This document shows, in pieces, positions 13,300 to 25,717 of a DNA stretch of 64,000 nucleotides. How positions within the stretch are numbered: the stretch's first letter is position 1; every line of letters begins with the position of its first letter. Origin of the DNA: the human T2T-CHM13v2.0 reference genome, Homo sapiens; the NCBI RefSeq assembly GCF_009914755.1, contig NC_060929.1. One strand, 5' to 3'. Under the pieces are notes generated by a model. The model searched no databases and was not told the DNA's origin. It saw nothing but the letters and a program-made list of their open reading frames with translations. The translations under genes were made by a program, and so were the position numbers.

Positions 13300-15230
13300 C
13301 AGAAGGAGGGAACTAGGCGCCTTTTTTCCACTCCGCTGACCCCAACGTCTGGGCTGTGCGTTGTAACGCAGTTGGCGGGGCCTTCAGCTTGGGATGAGGG
13401 CGAAGGGGCTCGGGATGGGTGGGAAAGCAAGGACCGGGCAACAGGTGGGGAGGTGGCGGACTTTTGTCTCGGGGAAGGAAATCGGCTGTGCTGAAAGGGC
13501 GGAAAGCAGTAGCGCACAGAACTAGTGTCTGCGGGGTCCCGGGCGCTCTCGCCTTCGCCCTGGGCTCCTCTAATTAGAGAGGGGATGCAGGGTGGCATTA
13601 GTTCCCAAACGTTTTAATCGAGCCTCTTTTCAATGGCCAGGGATAAATGTAGCCACTGTTACTCTGTGCTGAATGGGTCGCAAAGGCCCCCGCCCGGCCC
13701 CCAGCGAGGCCATTCAGGCGTCTTTTCACAACCCCTAAGCGGTTCAGTCCCCGGGCCTAGCGACACTCCAGAGCGCTCCTAATTAGTCTAATTAGAAAGG
13801 TGGATTGATAGATGGAAAGAAGACAGAGTTGGGTTAGGAAGATGCTCAATGCTGCCAATCTCGGCTGGGTTGCCGCTTATTCTCTGCGTAAAGAAAAGGC
13901 CGCAAAGAAGGAAGTTGGAGCCGAAGCCCGCGCTGGGGCTGGGCTCTGGCCGGATCGCAGGCTGGGCGGTCTTTGACCCCCCGCGCCTCCCGCCCACAGC
14001 CGGAGCCCGGCAGCTGGAAGCACCCGCTACCCCGGGGAGCGTCTCCAGGCCGCGGTCTCCGGCCTTCGCCGAGCGAGGCGGGCGGGAAGGTAGGGCCGCG
14101 GTGGAGCGGGCACGGCCTCCCGCCCCAGCCCGGAGCCTCTCCGCCCCGCCGGGCCCCGCGGCCGCCCCTTCCTCACCCGGAAAATCGTGGGGAGGCGCGG
14201 CGTAGCGGCCGGACCCCTGGCCTCCGCGTCGGGCTGCGCCACGTGGCAGCTCCCAGCGCCCTCCCGTCCCGGCCTCGCATGCTGTCGGGGGAGCGCCTCG
14301 TCCCACTCAGGCCGAAACCCCAGGAAGGAAATCACTCTGGGCTGGGGACGCGGCCTTTCTGCTCGCGGCTGTTGGGTGATGTGCCCGAGGTTTCTCTGCC
14401 CTTCTCCGGGCGCAGGCCGTTCATTCGCGCCGCCGCTCCTGAGGGTCGCTGGGCGCAGAACCGCCTCGGCCGCGGCCCGGCCTTAGGCGCGGCCTCGCGC
14501 ATTCCTGCGCTCGCCACAGCCGGCGGGAGGCGGGGAAGGGAGCAGCCCGGGTGGCTTGGAGAACACTGAACCTTTAATTGGGCTATAAATCAGACAGGGG
14601 AGTGCGGTGGAGTTTATGCAGGTGTAAAAACAGAGGGGAAAGCCCGGGCCGAGCAGCCAAAGCGCCCGGGCAGGTCAGAACCTCCAGCAAACTAACATCT
14701 TGATAAGTCCGCTGACAACAAAATAAACAGTGGAGAAGGCTGGAGGGCGGGGGGCGCCGTGGCCCGCGGCTGGTTCGCAGCAGCTCGGCGGCCTTCTGCG
14801 AGGGGAAGGCGGGCCGCTCTCGGCTTTGTGCTTGGGGCTTTAGGAGGGGGGCGGTTGGAGGAGAGAGAGAAGCCGAATTATCTCCCTTTCCGCGTCTCAT
14901 TCCCGTGGATGGAGGGCCCCGGGAGCGTTTGACGATGGCAGTTTGGGGCGTGCGCGCTGCCTCGTCGGCCCCTACGACGTCAGGCGCCGGAGCTGCCGGG
15001 GCCCCGGGCGAGCGGGCAGCGGCCCCCGCGTCCCTCCCGGACACAGCGCCACCGAGAGGCCGAGCCTCCCGCTCCTGTTGCCATTTCAAGGGCTGACGCC
15101 TGGAAAACACCGCCAGGCCCCTGGCCGAAGGAGGTAACTAACCGAGTCGAAACGGCGATCAGAAATTAATTCAGTGCCCTGCTCAGGAGCAAAACCGTCA
15201 AAACCCCATCGAGATGTTGGCGCAAGCGGA
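13300..15230. promoter_or_regulatory. CpG island ~9 kb 3' of FOXD1 (orphan CGI)
   Basis: ~1.9 kb GC-rich, CpG-dense and non-repetitive; no credible CDS. Confidence 0.9.
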
Positions 15231-17264
15231 TTCACACACAAAGGAAAACAATAAAAGTCTCGTTAGATCATTTTTCTGGACATTGTTTAAGGTCTGAAAG
15301 GGACCAAATCGTTTCAAAATGTTGCCAGTAAAAATTATCCTATGTGGAATGCAACTAATCCTTTTAGGTTCCTGTCAACTGTTTCCACAAAAGGAATCCG
15401 ATTTTTCAAATCAAAGATCCAAAAGTCTTTGGGGAGAGATTTATTACATGCCAGAGCTTTAGTTACAGAATAGAGTTACAGTAACAACCCGCGCCCACCA
15501 ACTCCCTAAAATAAGGGATCCTATCCTACATAACTCTAAAGACCTGTGGGATATAGTTTGCTGGAGTCCTGCTATCTATGCAGATAGGGAGGGAGGCCAG
15601 GAAGGGGGGAGGAAGGCAAAGAAATAGTAAATTCCTTAAATAGAAAAACAGAGCACAGAATGCCTCAACATTTTATTTTTCTCCTCTGTACTCCCAGTTA
15701 CTTCTGGAGACAAAAAAAAAAAAAACAAAAAACGCCAAGACCCAAACTTGGTGATTTGGAAGCAGTTCCTTAGCAATGACAACTTAAAGGTGAAATAAAT
15801 GCAGAAAAACTCTTGGGTGCTTATGCACCACCCCCCGTGGTCCAAAACCTGGATTTGCTGTCTGCCTTTTGAAGATGCGACTACAACTTCAGCAAGTGGG
15901 AAAGTGTTTATTTAAAAGTTTAGCAAGGAAAATATACCTGGTTTAATTTTAATTTTTTTATTTGTAATAAAATGTTTAAGCCTGCAAAAAGAAAAAAAGT
16001 GCCCTAGGGTTTTTGTTGTTTTTGTTTTACTGGGTCTCTGTATTTAACTCTCCACAAACCCATGTGAGCCTAAACTCATTCGGAATAGGTGACTGTCTCT
16101 GTTCACAATGATATCTGAGGGCCTGAGCACAAACCATCACCCTCCTCCTTTTCAGCTCTTCACAGAAAACTGGCAGCTAGGGATAGGATTCAATCTATTA
16201 GTAAAAAGCTGTAAACACTTGGGAAGAAATTCAAATTCACAGTGCCTGGAAACTTCTGGCACTGAGTTGCCTCCATACCACATAGGCAAAGGTGCTCAGG
16301 CGTTTTAGTCATTTTGTGAGTAAATTGGCAACACGAGAAAGATATTGTCAAGAAGCTATTATTAGTTTCATTTAGACACTAGGGAGATTTTTGGTAATGA
16401 AAAGAAATCGTTTTAATGGAGAGATTTTAAAAATATATCTTGCTAACTTTCCCTCCATCCCATTGTTTCCTGCTAAAATGGCTTGCTCTTGTTGTTCCAT
16501 AGCGAGTGCTTATTGGTGGCAGGAATTCTTTAATTTGTTTCTTATATTTAAAGCAGGAGTAAAGGGATTTGCAATATAGCAGGTGCTCAATAAATAGTGC
16601 AGACTAATCCCACTTTTCAAAGCTTAGAGGTTAAATAGATGATCAGTAGATAAGTAGAGGAAAGAAATAGAGCAAGAGACTAGAAGAGCAGATTTAAAAC
16701 ACCAGTGGTTTGTTTATTTTAGAAAGGGAAAGTTATCTGTCCAAATACACATCTGGCTAAGTAAGAGAAAACACATGCCATCTCTTTTATCCTCATTATA
16801 TCTAGAAGAACTAATTTATTTCATAGATAGGAATGGAAATTTTGAAGATAAATTTTTATATATGGCCAAAAATTTCTCTTAACTAATTTAGGGATTTAAG
16901 TATATGCCAAAATTTAGAAGTTTTTCCTTTTCTTTTTTTCCTTGAAAAATAAGGATGTGGAAAGAAGCCACAAAGGGATAATTCTTACACATTATACAGG
17001 TTTTAAGTTTTCCAAAGCATTTTCACATAAATTGTATTACTTGATTCTCACAACCTCTCCTACCCCACAAGAAAAATGCAAATAATTATGAAAACTGATC
17101 TAATGTTTAATTTCAAACTATTCTTTCTTCTCTTGCAGTCTTTGGAGATTTTTTTTCTTTTGGCTTGTGATTTTTTTTTCTTCATAGTCCATCATCTAAC
17201 AGAACAAAATTTTGCACAGTTTCATACATATATGAAACTCTCTGCATAAGAATAAGCAAAAATA

Positions 17265-17736
<472 letters not shown>

Positions 17737-18588
17737 TTAATCTCTGCCCTCCCCTCTTTGCCAGTCTATTATTGATGAGTAATTGCAATAAGAATCCTTG
17801 GTCTGTGCCTGACTCCCTCTGGGACAGGGAGATCCAGGCAAGGCCGCAGGGCCTCAGATTCAGCCTGTACCCACCCACCTCCACCCCACACCTGTTCCTC
17901 TCCTGGTGCTCAGTGGACTGGTGGGGCCTAGGTTTTTGTTGTTTTTTTAAACTCTAGAATTAAAAAGAAAAAAGTTTCTGGTTTTTAAAACAACATATTT
18001 TCTCCAGGAAATCAATGTTCTCTTGCATTAAGCACTGTCCCTTGGAAAGATTGCCATACACACTCTCCTTTGCTCTCTGCAGCTTACAGGCACAATCCCT
18101 GCACTGACTCTGGTATGGATGTCTTCAAACTGAACAAAACAGTGGCCCCAGCCCATGCTTGAGGAGGCTAGGCTACAACAAGGCTTCTGGGTGGCAATGG
18201 GCAATGGTAAGCTTGCAGGTAGTCTAGAATTCCCCCACAAGCATTTTAGGAGACCTCTGGCAAGGCAGGTGGATTAATTGTATAGGGGCGGCGGACTGGC
18301 CCAAGCCACATCATATACAGCTGTTCAAAGAAAACAAAATATCTTCAACAGTATGCTGGGAGAAGGGGCATATCCTCAGAAAAATTTTTCATTTTCTCAT
18401 TAAGTGTTAAACCAGTTGATCTGACTCCTTATGTATTCTTACCTTTTCCACACAGAGAGGAGGTGTCCCTAAGGATGGTTGTAAGACCCGCTTAGCAGTT
18501 TAGCAAAAAGTTCTAAACTAGAGGATCTTGACCATTAAAAACCAGCAAAAGAAGCTGAGGACATGGGTAAATGGTACAAAATAAGCTG

Positions 18589-18620
18589 CGTGTGTGTGTG
18601 TATGTGAGTGTGTGTGTGTG
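18589..18620 (+). repeat. (TG)n microsatellite
   Basis: Imperfect TG run, read directly. Confidence 0.85.
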
Positions 18621-18949
18621 ATAAATACTGTTGATGCCAAAAAATGGGGGGGCGGGAGGGATGCCAGGAAAGTATCATGTGTATCATGTAGAGCTACGTG
18701 GAGGAAGCTAATGCCTCTTAAAATAATTAGCTATCAATTCCAAATGAATCTGAGATGAGTTGCTAGAGTATCTCTCAGAAGACCTGGGTGGAAGTGGTAG
18801 GGAGGAGGGTGTGGCAACAATGCCAAAAAAAAAAAAAAAAGAAATGTGTAAGAAATACATGACTCTTCTGCACAGTGACCTCTAAGGAAACTTCCCTACC
18901 ACAGTTGTCATTTAATAAATCACAATGATGGCAACAAAGTAGCAGTGTG

Positions 18950-19110
18950 ATGTAACAAAAATAAGATGGGTTTTAAATGCTGAAGTCCCAGTAGCTGTGA
19001 CCTTGGGCAAGTCATTTAATCTCTTTTGAGCCTTGATATCTCTATTTGTAAAATAAGGTCAATAATAATTCTTGTCCTCACTATTTCACAGTGCAGTTGA
19101 GAGAATTATT
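18950..19110 (+). mobile_element. MIR
   Basis: GCTGTGACCTTGGGCAAGTCATTTAATCTC..TGTAAAATAAGG core. Confidence 0.75.
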
Positions 19111-21099
19111 AGTGAGAGTCCTTTTACAAAGTCAATCTGTGGTGATGATAGTGACTGAATAGACAGGAAAGGGGTTCTGGGACACTGATAACATCTGCTT
19201 CTTGCTCTGATGCTAGTTATGTAATACATATGTGGCCACTGCGAGAAATTGTTAGGATTTGTGCACTTTTCCAAACATATGCTTCCCTAAAACTTTTACT
19301 TTTAAAAGACAGAGTAGCACAAAATAGTTTTTTCAAGGTGGTACGCTCATGATAATAGCGACAAGAAAAACTCTAAATGTAAGTCATCAGAAGCTCATCA
19401 CTGTTATCTTCGTTTCTCCTCCTAGCCACCATGTATGGAGGCTTGGGAATCAAAGGAGATCTATGAGAATCATCAGTTGTTTTCTCTGTGTGTGCTTTGC
19501 ATCTTACTGACTAGTATTTTACTAGAGGAAAGAAGCTGGAGGAATGAACCAGGAAGTTTCCTACATGCCAGAGGGGTCAACACTAACAAGAAAGAAGCCT
19601 AAGCTGTTCACATCAAGGGAAAGATGTGATTAGAGAGATGCGACATGCAAAGAAATTATCTGAAAAGTGAACTCAGTTGGGAAAGTATAAGCCCTAAAGA
19701 GCCCTGAGCAGCTGGTCATGATCAGATTCTCCATCTTTCTGTCAAATGTAATTGTATCCAAGTTGGCAGGGTATTTATTGCTAAAGTCGAAGGGCCAGAT
19801 TTTACACTAAACATATTTACACATTTACATTCGTTGCCCTATAAACACACCACGTTTCACTGGCCATGACATCAAACACATTTACCAACAAAAAGCATAT
19901 GTCTAATTACAAAATCATAGAGGAGGCAAGTGGCAGCTGATGGGCAACGAGCATGCATGCCTGTGTATGTATATGTGTGACCCAGCTGCACCACCAGGAA
20001 ACCGACAGAGATGAGAATGAACGCAGACAATGCTAGGCCCACTTCACTTGTCCTCTGCTCTCCAGGCCTGTCCTCATCTGGTTTAGTTCTAAAGGGGATG
20101 ATGGAACCCTGGCATTCCAATTAGATGCATGGTTTCCCCCCTGGAAGAGCCCTGAGAGACTAGGGCAGTTCCTGGGCAGATTTCTGATTTGGATTGGGTT
20201 TGATGCTGATATGACCTTTAAATTGCCCCCAAAATGTCTCTTCTCAGTCAGTAATAAAAATAGGTGTGAGCAGAATGTGTAGCCAGCAGTGAATTTTAAA
20301 ATTATAACTAGAATCCTTGATTCCTGGCTTTGGGTAGTAAGATCAGATCCCTATCCATCAATAGCAGTTGTAATAACACCGTTAGCCACTCCAAGCTTGG
20401 TCCTCAATCAAACAAGGAAATCAGAGCCACTGGGGCTAGAGAGAGAAAAACACAACAGGCACAGCCTCAACCACTGGCCTCAGACGGCCTTTAATAAATG
20501 ACACAGGCTGGTATTCCATCAAAATAATCACCTTCCATCAGAATAACCACCTCCCCCAACTCTCTCAGTGGACAGGCTACAGGAAGAAATGGTAGGTTTA
20601 TAAAAAAGAAAAAACTGTGAAGGGCAGAAAAGCCTTTTCCTGAGATGAATGCTTACTACATTCACTGCAAGAATTTTGATAATAAATATATCCAGAATTC
20701 CAGTTCCATCAACAGAAAGTTTGGCCAAGAAAGAGCTGCCAAGTAGGGGCCAGACAAGTTGAGATGTGTAAACATACAGATGCTTCAGGGAGTGAAAAGT
20801 AAGAAGCGTCTTCACAATTTTTTTCCTTCATCTCCCCAGTTCCTTTTTTTCTTTTTTTAAGGGGAAGGGAAGTGGCCCTTAAATAAATGCATGGAATAGG
20901 ATGGACAGGAAACACGTTGTTGAGAAGATGCACTAGCTTCTTATTTTAAAGAAATAAAATAATTACCCAATAAAGAAAAGAGAAATCAACCAAGGAACGA
21001 TCTAAGGTCATGACACCATGTGTGGTACAAGGAGCAATTCAACCCATAAGGGCTTCATTACCCCCGCAATAGATAACATTTGGCTAAACCTAGCTGCAG

Positions 21100-22320
21100 A
21101 TTAAATCTCCGCGCACAACAGAGCCCTGAATGGAGAGGCTCCTTTTTGTGTGGTCCTTCTCCGGGAGCTGCCTGAACCATCAGCCCCAATATATCCCTCT
21201 CCCTATTAACTGCAATTCCCTCCCGACTGAGCTTCGGTCATTTGTCTCGAGGCTCTACGGGGGCGTTTGATGAGCAGAGAAACAAGGAGAAGGGGAGAAA
21301 AGCGTCGGGTTAATGAGTTGTAGCAAATCCACACTTTGTAGTTGGGAGGAGGAGAGCTGGTGGCCAATGTTTGTTCAACTGGTTTATTTTTCGAGACCCA
21401 GCCTATTGAGGAAGGCTTGTTCAAGCAGGCTTCGTTCCTACAAACACACAAACATCCTTCTGTTTGCCTACAAAGAAAAGGGGACCAGCGCTGGATTTGC
21501 ATGCGAATGAGGAGCCCCAGGAGGAGACGTCCTTGCCCATCAAAGGCCGCGGTAGCCTGGCGGCCCCGCAGCCTTTGTTCCAGCACCTGCTCGCCTGCAC
21601 GGCCTGACGGGGCGCGCCCCGCGCTCCTGGCTCGCCCATCCAGGGTCCACGGCTCACTCGTCCCTCGCCTGCCCCGCGGCCCACACCTCTCGCAGCTCAT
21701 ACCTCACCCGCCCCGCGGCCCTGCTTCCCCCAGTCTCATCCTCTCGGGAGCAGGCCCGCAGGGTCTGCAAGGCCAAGAACGGAACCCCAAACGCAGAGGG
21801 TGGGGAGGTGAGCGGCAGGACGCAAAACTCGGAATCGAGGCGGCTTGGGTTTACACGTTCCTTTAGCTCTGGGCTCACGCTGCTCTCCACCTGTTTAAAA
21901 ACAGGCTTGCGGTCTCCAGTGGGGGCGCGTGAAGCGGGATCCCAACCCCGGGCCCCGGAGCGAGGCCTGGATCGCCCTATGCCTTCTTGCCATTCTCTTA
22001 AATGCACTGACACCCCTGGAGGTGGGACCGGTCCTGGCACTTTTGAAGACGTGGGAATATGAACGAGAGACAAGATTAACCAGAATTCCCCGATTTCAGG
22101 ACATCCACGCATCGCGCAAAAATTAAAAATACACACGGTTTTGTTCTTGGCTCTCTTCGTAATTATTTTCAGATCTAAATTTCAGATGCGTGCGTTACAG
22201 AAGGCTACCAGGCGCGCCAGCAGTGTCTGTGCCGTTTGGATTCCGCCTGCCAACCCCTCTCCACCCGGGGCGGCGCGTGGAGTCCGGACGTTCTCGGGTT
22301 CAATGACTCCTCTCTCTTAG
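21100..22320. promoter_or_regulatory. CpG island just 3' of FOXD1
   Basis: GC- and CpG-rich unique sequence. Confidence 0.85.
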
Positions 22321-23369
22321 CCGGGCTAGAGTAAAAGTAACTTTTGTATATAAGACTTTGGTCTAACAGTATTTCAATTTGTATCTATAGATTTAGTGGT
22401 AAGTTTGAGAGTGAGAGGGTTTAACCTCCTCCAAACATTTAACAAGGGTTGCGGGGACGGGGAAGAACTTCATTTGAGCCCGTGAGAGTCCGTTTTCTCC
22501 CTAAAAAGAGACAGGGCGTCATGAATGAGTATCATTGCAACATATTGACCCTATAATGCAGATTTCATTAACTTGGTAAGTTAAATCTGCGAATCTTCAG
22601 ATATATACCTGTCCAGACATTTTAAAGAAATTGAATATTTAATCTCTGCTGCAAACACTAATGTTAGACATTTAAATTATGTGTTACATATGCCTAGGTT
22701 TTATTTGGAGCGCACAACATTGTAGTAATCAAAACTAGTGCCTCACTTTTTTTCAAAGAACTAGAAATTTCATGTAATAATTAAAAGACATTAAAAATTG
22801 AAAAAGATAAACCTAAATCACCTAAATTCAATAAATTAGTTCAATGAACACCTGATACATTTTCATTTTTTATTCTTTAAAGCATCCCAAAGTTGAAGGT
22901 TTATCTTAAATACCCTAAATTATTCACTTAAGCTAGAATTTCAATAAATTGGCCTTTTAAGAGAAAAACCTCTTTATACAATTACTCGCATTCCTTCCAT
23001 CTGCAACATAGTAGCTGTAAATACTGGTACTTTTAAATATGATTTATTTCATATATGCAAATATGTCCTTATTTACGGCTTTGAAGCTCCTTAACTGATT
23101 ATGATCTCTACTAATTTTTCCTATTAGAATTTTAAAACTAGACTGCCTCTTTGTTTCACTTCCATTACAACATATTATGTTGACAGTTTCTGCAGATATA
23201 ATATTGTCGTGAACTGAGTGGAAATTAAATGAGGAAGGAAGCTCAAAAATGAAATGCAAAGTTCCTATAAAATTATCTTTGGGTACCTGTGGCTTTAATT
23301 TTAACATACTTCAATGCGCTTTAAAATGGCATAGAGTCAGATCTGAAAATGTATACCAAAGTAACTTAT

Positions 23370-23375
23370 TTTATT
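23370..23375 (-). terminator. Possible distal poly(A) signal of FOXD1
   Basis: AATAAA on minus strand ~240 nt beyond the proximal signal. Confidence 0.35.
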
Positions 23376-23610
23376 TGTAGTCATTTAAAAATAATTTCTG
23401 ATCTCCTACCATGGTTTTCACTTAGGAAGTTCAAGTGAAAAATCATGGCATGATGCTGTTGTTAAATTCTCTCTGAAAGTATTTAAGTCTGTTCTATATT
23501 GAGTTCCTGCTTACCCCACATAGAAAGTTTTTTTAAGTAGAAAAGAAAAACTAAGAAGGGGACAACTGAAGCCAATCATTTTGGTGAATTTTCTTTGAAA
23601 ATTAAGCATT

Positions 23611-23616
23611 TTTATT
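23611..23616 (-). terminator. FOXD1 poly(A) signal
   Basis: AATAAA on minus strand at the end of an AU-rich 3'UTR, implying a ~2.3 kb mRNA from the TATA-defined start. Confidence 0.7.
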
Positions 23617-23783
23617 TCTGAAAAAGTGTAAAAATCTTACATTTAGAATAGTACAATAATAATTGCCAGTAAAATTTACAATACTCCTTGTAAAGAATAC
23701 GCAGTAAGTACAAAAAAATCCACACGTCTGTTATGATACAAAACACAGGTTGAAATAAATGATAATTTTGACTTTTTTTCTTG

Positions 23784-23791
23784 TGTAAACA
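23784..23791 (-). promoter_or_regulatory. miR-30 family 8mer site in FOXD1 3'UTR
   Basis: mRNA reads UGUUUACA, complementary to the miR-30 seed GUAAACA plus A1. Confidence 0.7.
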
Positions 23792-24287
23792 TGTTAACCA
23801 TTTTTCCTTTTCATGAAAAAGTACACCAGACAAGTGTCCTCAAATAAAAAAGAATTGCTTCGCTGGCATTCTTCAAGACCTTTACTATTTTTGTATTATT
23901 CTTTTGACCATTATTTTTTAACGCCTGGACCTGAGAATCTCTACACCTCAAAAAGGCTTAGTTGTTTTTCATCTGCCAAACGTCAAGGGAGCCTCTAGTG
24001 CCTGGACAGGGCGGACTCCCTTCCCCGGCACCCTCTTCCTCCCTACCCCAGGTCGGGGGTTGGGGGGCTGTAGCATAGGTCGGCTTTGCATAAATAGAGG
24101 GACCCGCAGAGCCAAAAGGCGCGCCCGGGCTGTTGACAGTTTTGTCCGAGAATTCGCAGCGGCGAAAATGGGCGCGCGAGGTCGAGAGGGGCCGCGCCTG
24201 GAGGAGCGAACAAAACACCGAACCACCAAGACGAGAAAAGGAGCCGGGATTCCTACCTTCTTCCTCGAGCGCGCTAACATAGCGTTA

Positions 24288-25685
24288 TTAACAATTGGAA
24301 ATCCTAGCAGTAAAGTTCTCGACACTGGACAGGGCAGTCCCTTGGTGCAGAGTCCCCAAGGCGGCGGACGAGGAGACTGAGGAGGCGGCGGCGGCCGCGG
24401 CGGCCACGAGGGATCGGGTGAGCGCGGCCGCCGGGCCCACGGCCGCCTGCGCCGCGCAGCCTCCTCCGCTGGATCCGGGAGCTGGCGGCGCCGCCACCGG
24501 CGAGGGCGAGGGCGAGGCCTGAGCGGCGGCGGCGGCCTGCGCGGCGGCGGCGGCAGCGGCGGCCGGGCCCAAGCTGCCCCCGATGATGCTCTCGATGGAG
24601 AAGGGCGAGCGCGCCAGCGCTGAGGCGCCCGGGCCGCCCGCCTTGGCCGCGGAGGCCGGCAGGGGGCCGGGTAGGGCGGCGCCGAGCGGGTGCGGCCGGT
24701 AGCCGAAGGCGGTCCGGGCCAGCTCGGCGGCCGCGCCGTGCGGTGGCGGGGGCGGCGGGGGCGAGTGCGGGTGGAAGGCGGCGGCGGCGGCGGCGGCCGC
24801 TGCGGCGGCGAAGAGGGCCGAGGGCGGCGCGTAAGGCGGCAGCTGCAGGCCGTAGCCGCAGCCGTAGGGGCCGTAGCCGTAGGCATGCGGGGGCGGCGGG
24901 GGCGCGGGCGGGAAGAGCGCGGCGGCGGCTGCCGGGTCGCCCGCGCCCCCTGCGGCTCCCGCGCCGCGCAGCAGCAGAGACTCGGCGGCCGCGGCGTTGG
25001 GTGGGAGCAGCGGCTGCCGCTTGAAGCGCTTCCTCCGGCGCAGGAAGCTGCCGTTGTCGAACATGTCGGCGGACTCCGGGTCCAGCGTCCAGTAGTTGCC
25101 CTTGCCCGGGTTGCCGGGCTCGCGGGGGATCTTGACGAAGCAGTCGTTGAGCGAGAGGTTGTGGCGGATGCTGTTCTGCCAGGCGGGGAACTTCTCCCGG
25201 TAGTAGGGGAAGCGGCCGCTGATGAACTCACAGATCTCGCTCAGCGTCAGCCGCTTCTTGGGGCTCTGCAGGATGGCCATAGTGATGAGCGCGATATACG
25301 AGTAGGGCGGCTTCACCAGCGGGTTCTTGGCGCCGCTACCCGCGCTCCCGCCGCCGCCCGCGCCGCCGCCGCCGCCGCCCCCACCGGCTCCTGCCCCCGC
25401 CGCCGGGGCCGGGCCCGGGGGCGCCGGGGAGCCCCCAGCAGGCGGGGCCAGCAGGATGTCATCGTCGTCCTCCTCCTCCTCCAGATCCTCCAGCTCGTCC
25501 TCCCCGGCGTACGAGCGCCGCCGCCGCCGCCGCTGCGCGGGGACAGCCAGCCGGGGCCCGCCACCGCCGCCCTCGTCGTCGTCCTCCTCTTCCTCGTCTT
25601 CTTCGTCCTCGCCCTCCCCCACCACGTCGATGTCTGTTTCCTCGGCGAGGCCAGAGGCATCGGACATCTCAGTGCTCAGGGTCAT
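24288..25685 (-). CDS. FOXD1: Forkhead box protein D1 (465 aa, single exon)
   Basis: Intact [26 protein letters not shown]...; forkhead domain [18 protein letters not shown]...[43 protein letters not shown]; acidic N-terminus; eh1 motif FSIESII (24582-24602); poly-Ala/Pro/Gly tracts. Confidence 0.99.
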   Translation of the reverse strand: MTLSTEMSDASGLAEETDIDVVGEGEDEEDEEEEDDDEGGGGGPRLAVPAQRRRRRRSYAGEDELEDLEEEEDDDDILLAPPAGGSPAPPGPAPAAGAGAGGGGGGGGAGGGGSAGSGAKNPLVKPPYSYIALITMAILQSPKKRLTLSEICEFISGRFPYYREKFPAWQNSIRHNLSLNDCFVKIPREPGNPGKGNYWTLDPESADMFDNGSFLRRRKRFKRQPLLPPNAAAAESLLLRGAGAAGGAGDPAAAAALFPPAPPPPPHAYGYGPYGCGYGLQLPPYAPPSALFAAAAAAAAAAAFHPHSPPPPPPPHGAAAELARTAFGYRPHPLGAALPGPLPASAAKAGGPGASALARSPFSIESIIGGSLGPAAAAAAAAQAAAAAQASPSPSPVAAPPAPGSSGGGCAAQAAVGPAAALTRSLVAAAAAAASSVSSSAALGTLHQGTALSSVENFTARISNC

Positions 25686-25717
25686 AGCTGTGGCGCGGCG
25701 GCGGCGGGGCGGCGCAT
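25682..25717 (-). other. uORF ([11 protein letters not shown]) whose TGA overlaps the FOXD1 ATG
   Basis: Minus strand ATG CGC CGC CCC GCC GCC GCC GCG CCA CAG CTA TGA; the ORF is read directly, but its translation is not shown. Confidence 0.6.

Noticed and set aside
13071-15137. Many 100-200 aa ORFs in the orphan CpG island
   Set aside because: Overlap on both strands, are Arg/Pro/Gly/Ala-rich and have no domain; expected from stop-codon scarcity
21206-22136. ORFs in the 3' CpG island
   Set aside because: Same GC artefact; no homology recognised
25313-25660. 115-aa alternative-frame ORF starting just inside FOXD1
   Set aside because: Its AUG has weak context and lies behind three upstream AUGs; no support for translation from sequence alone
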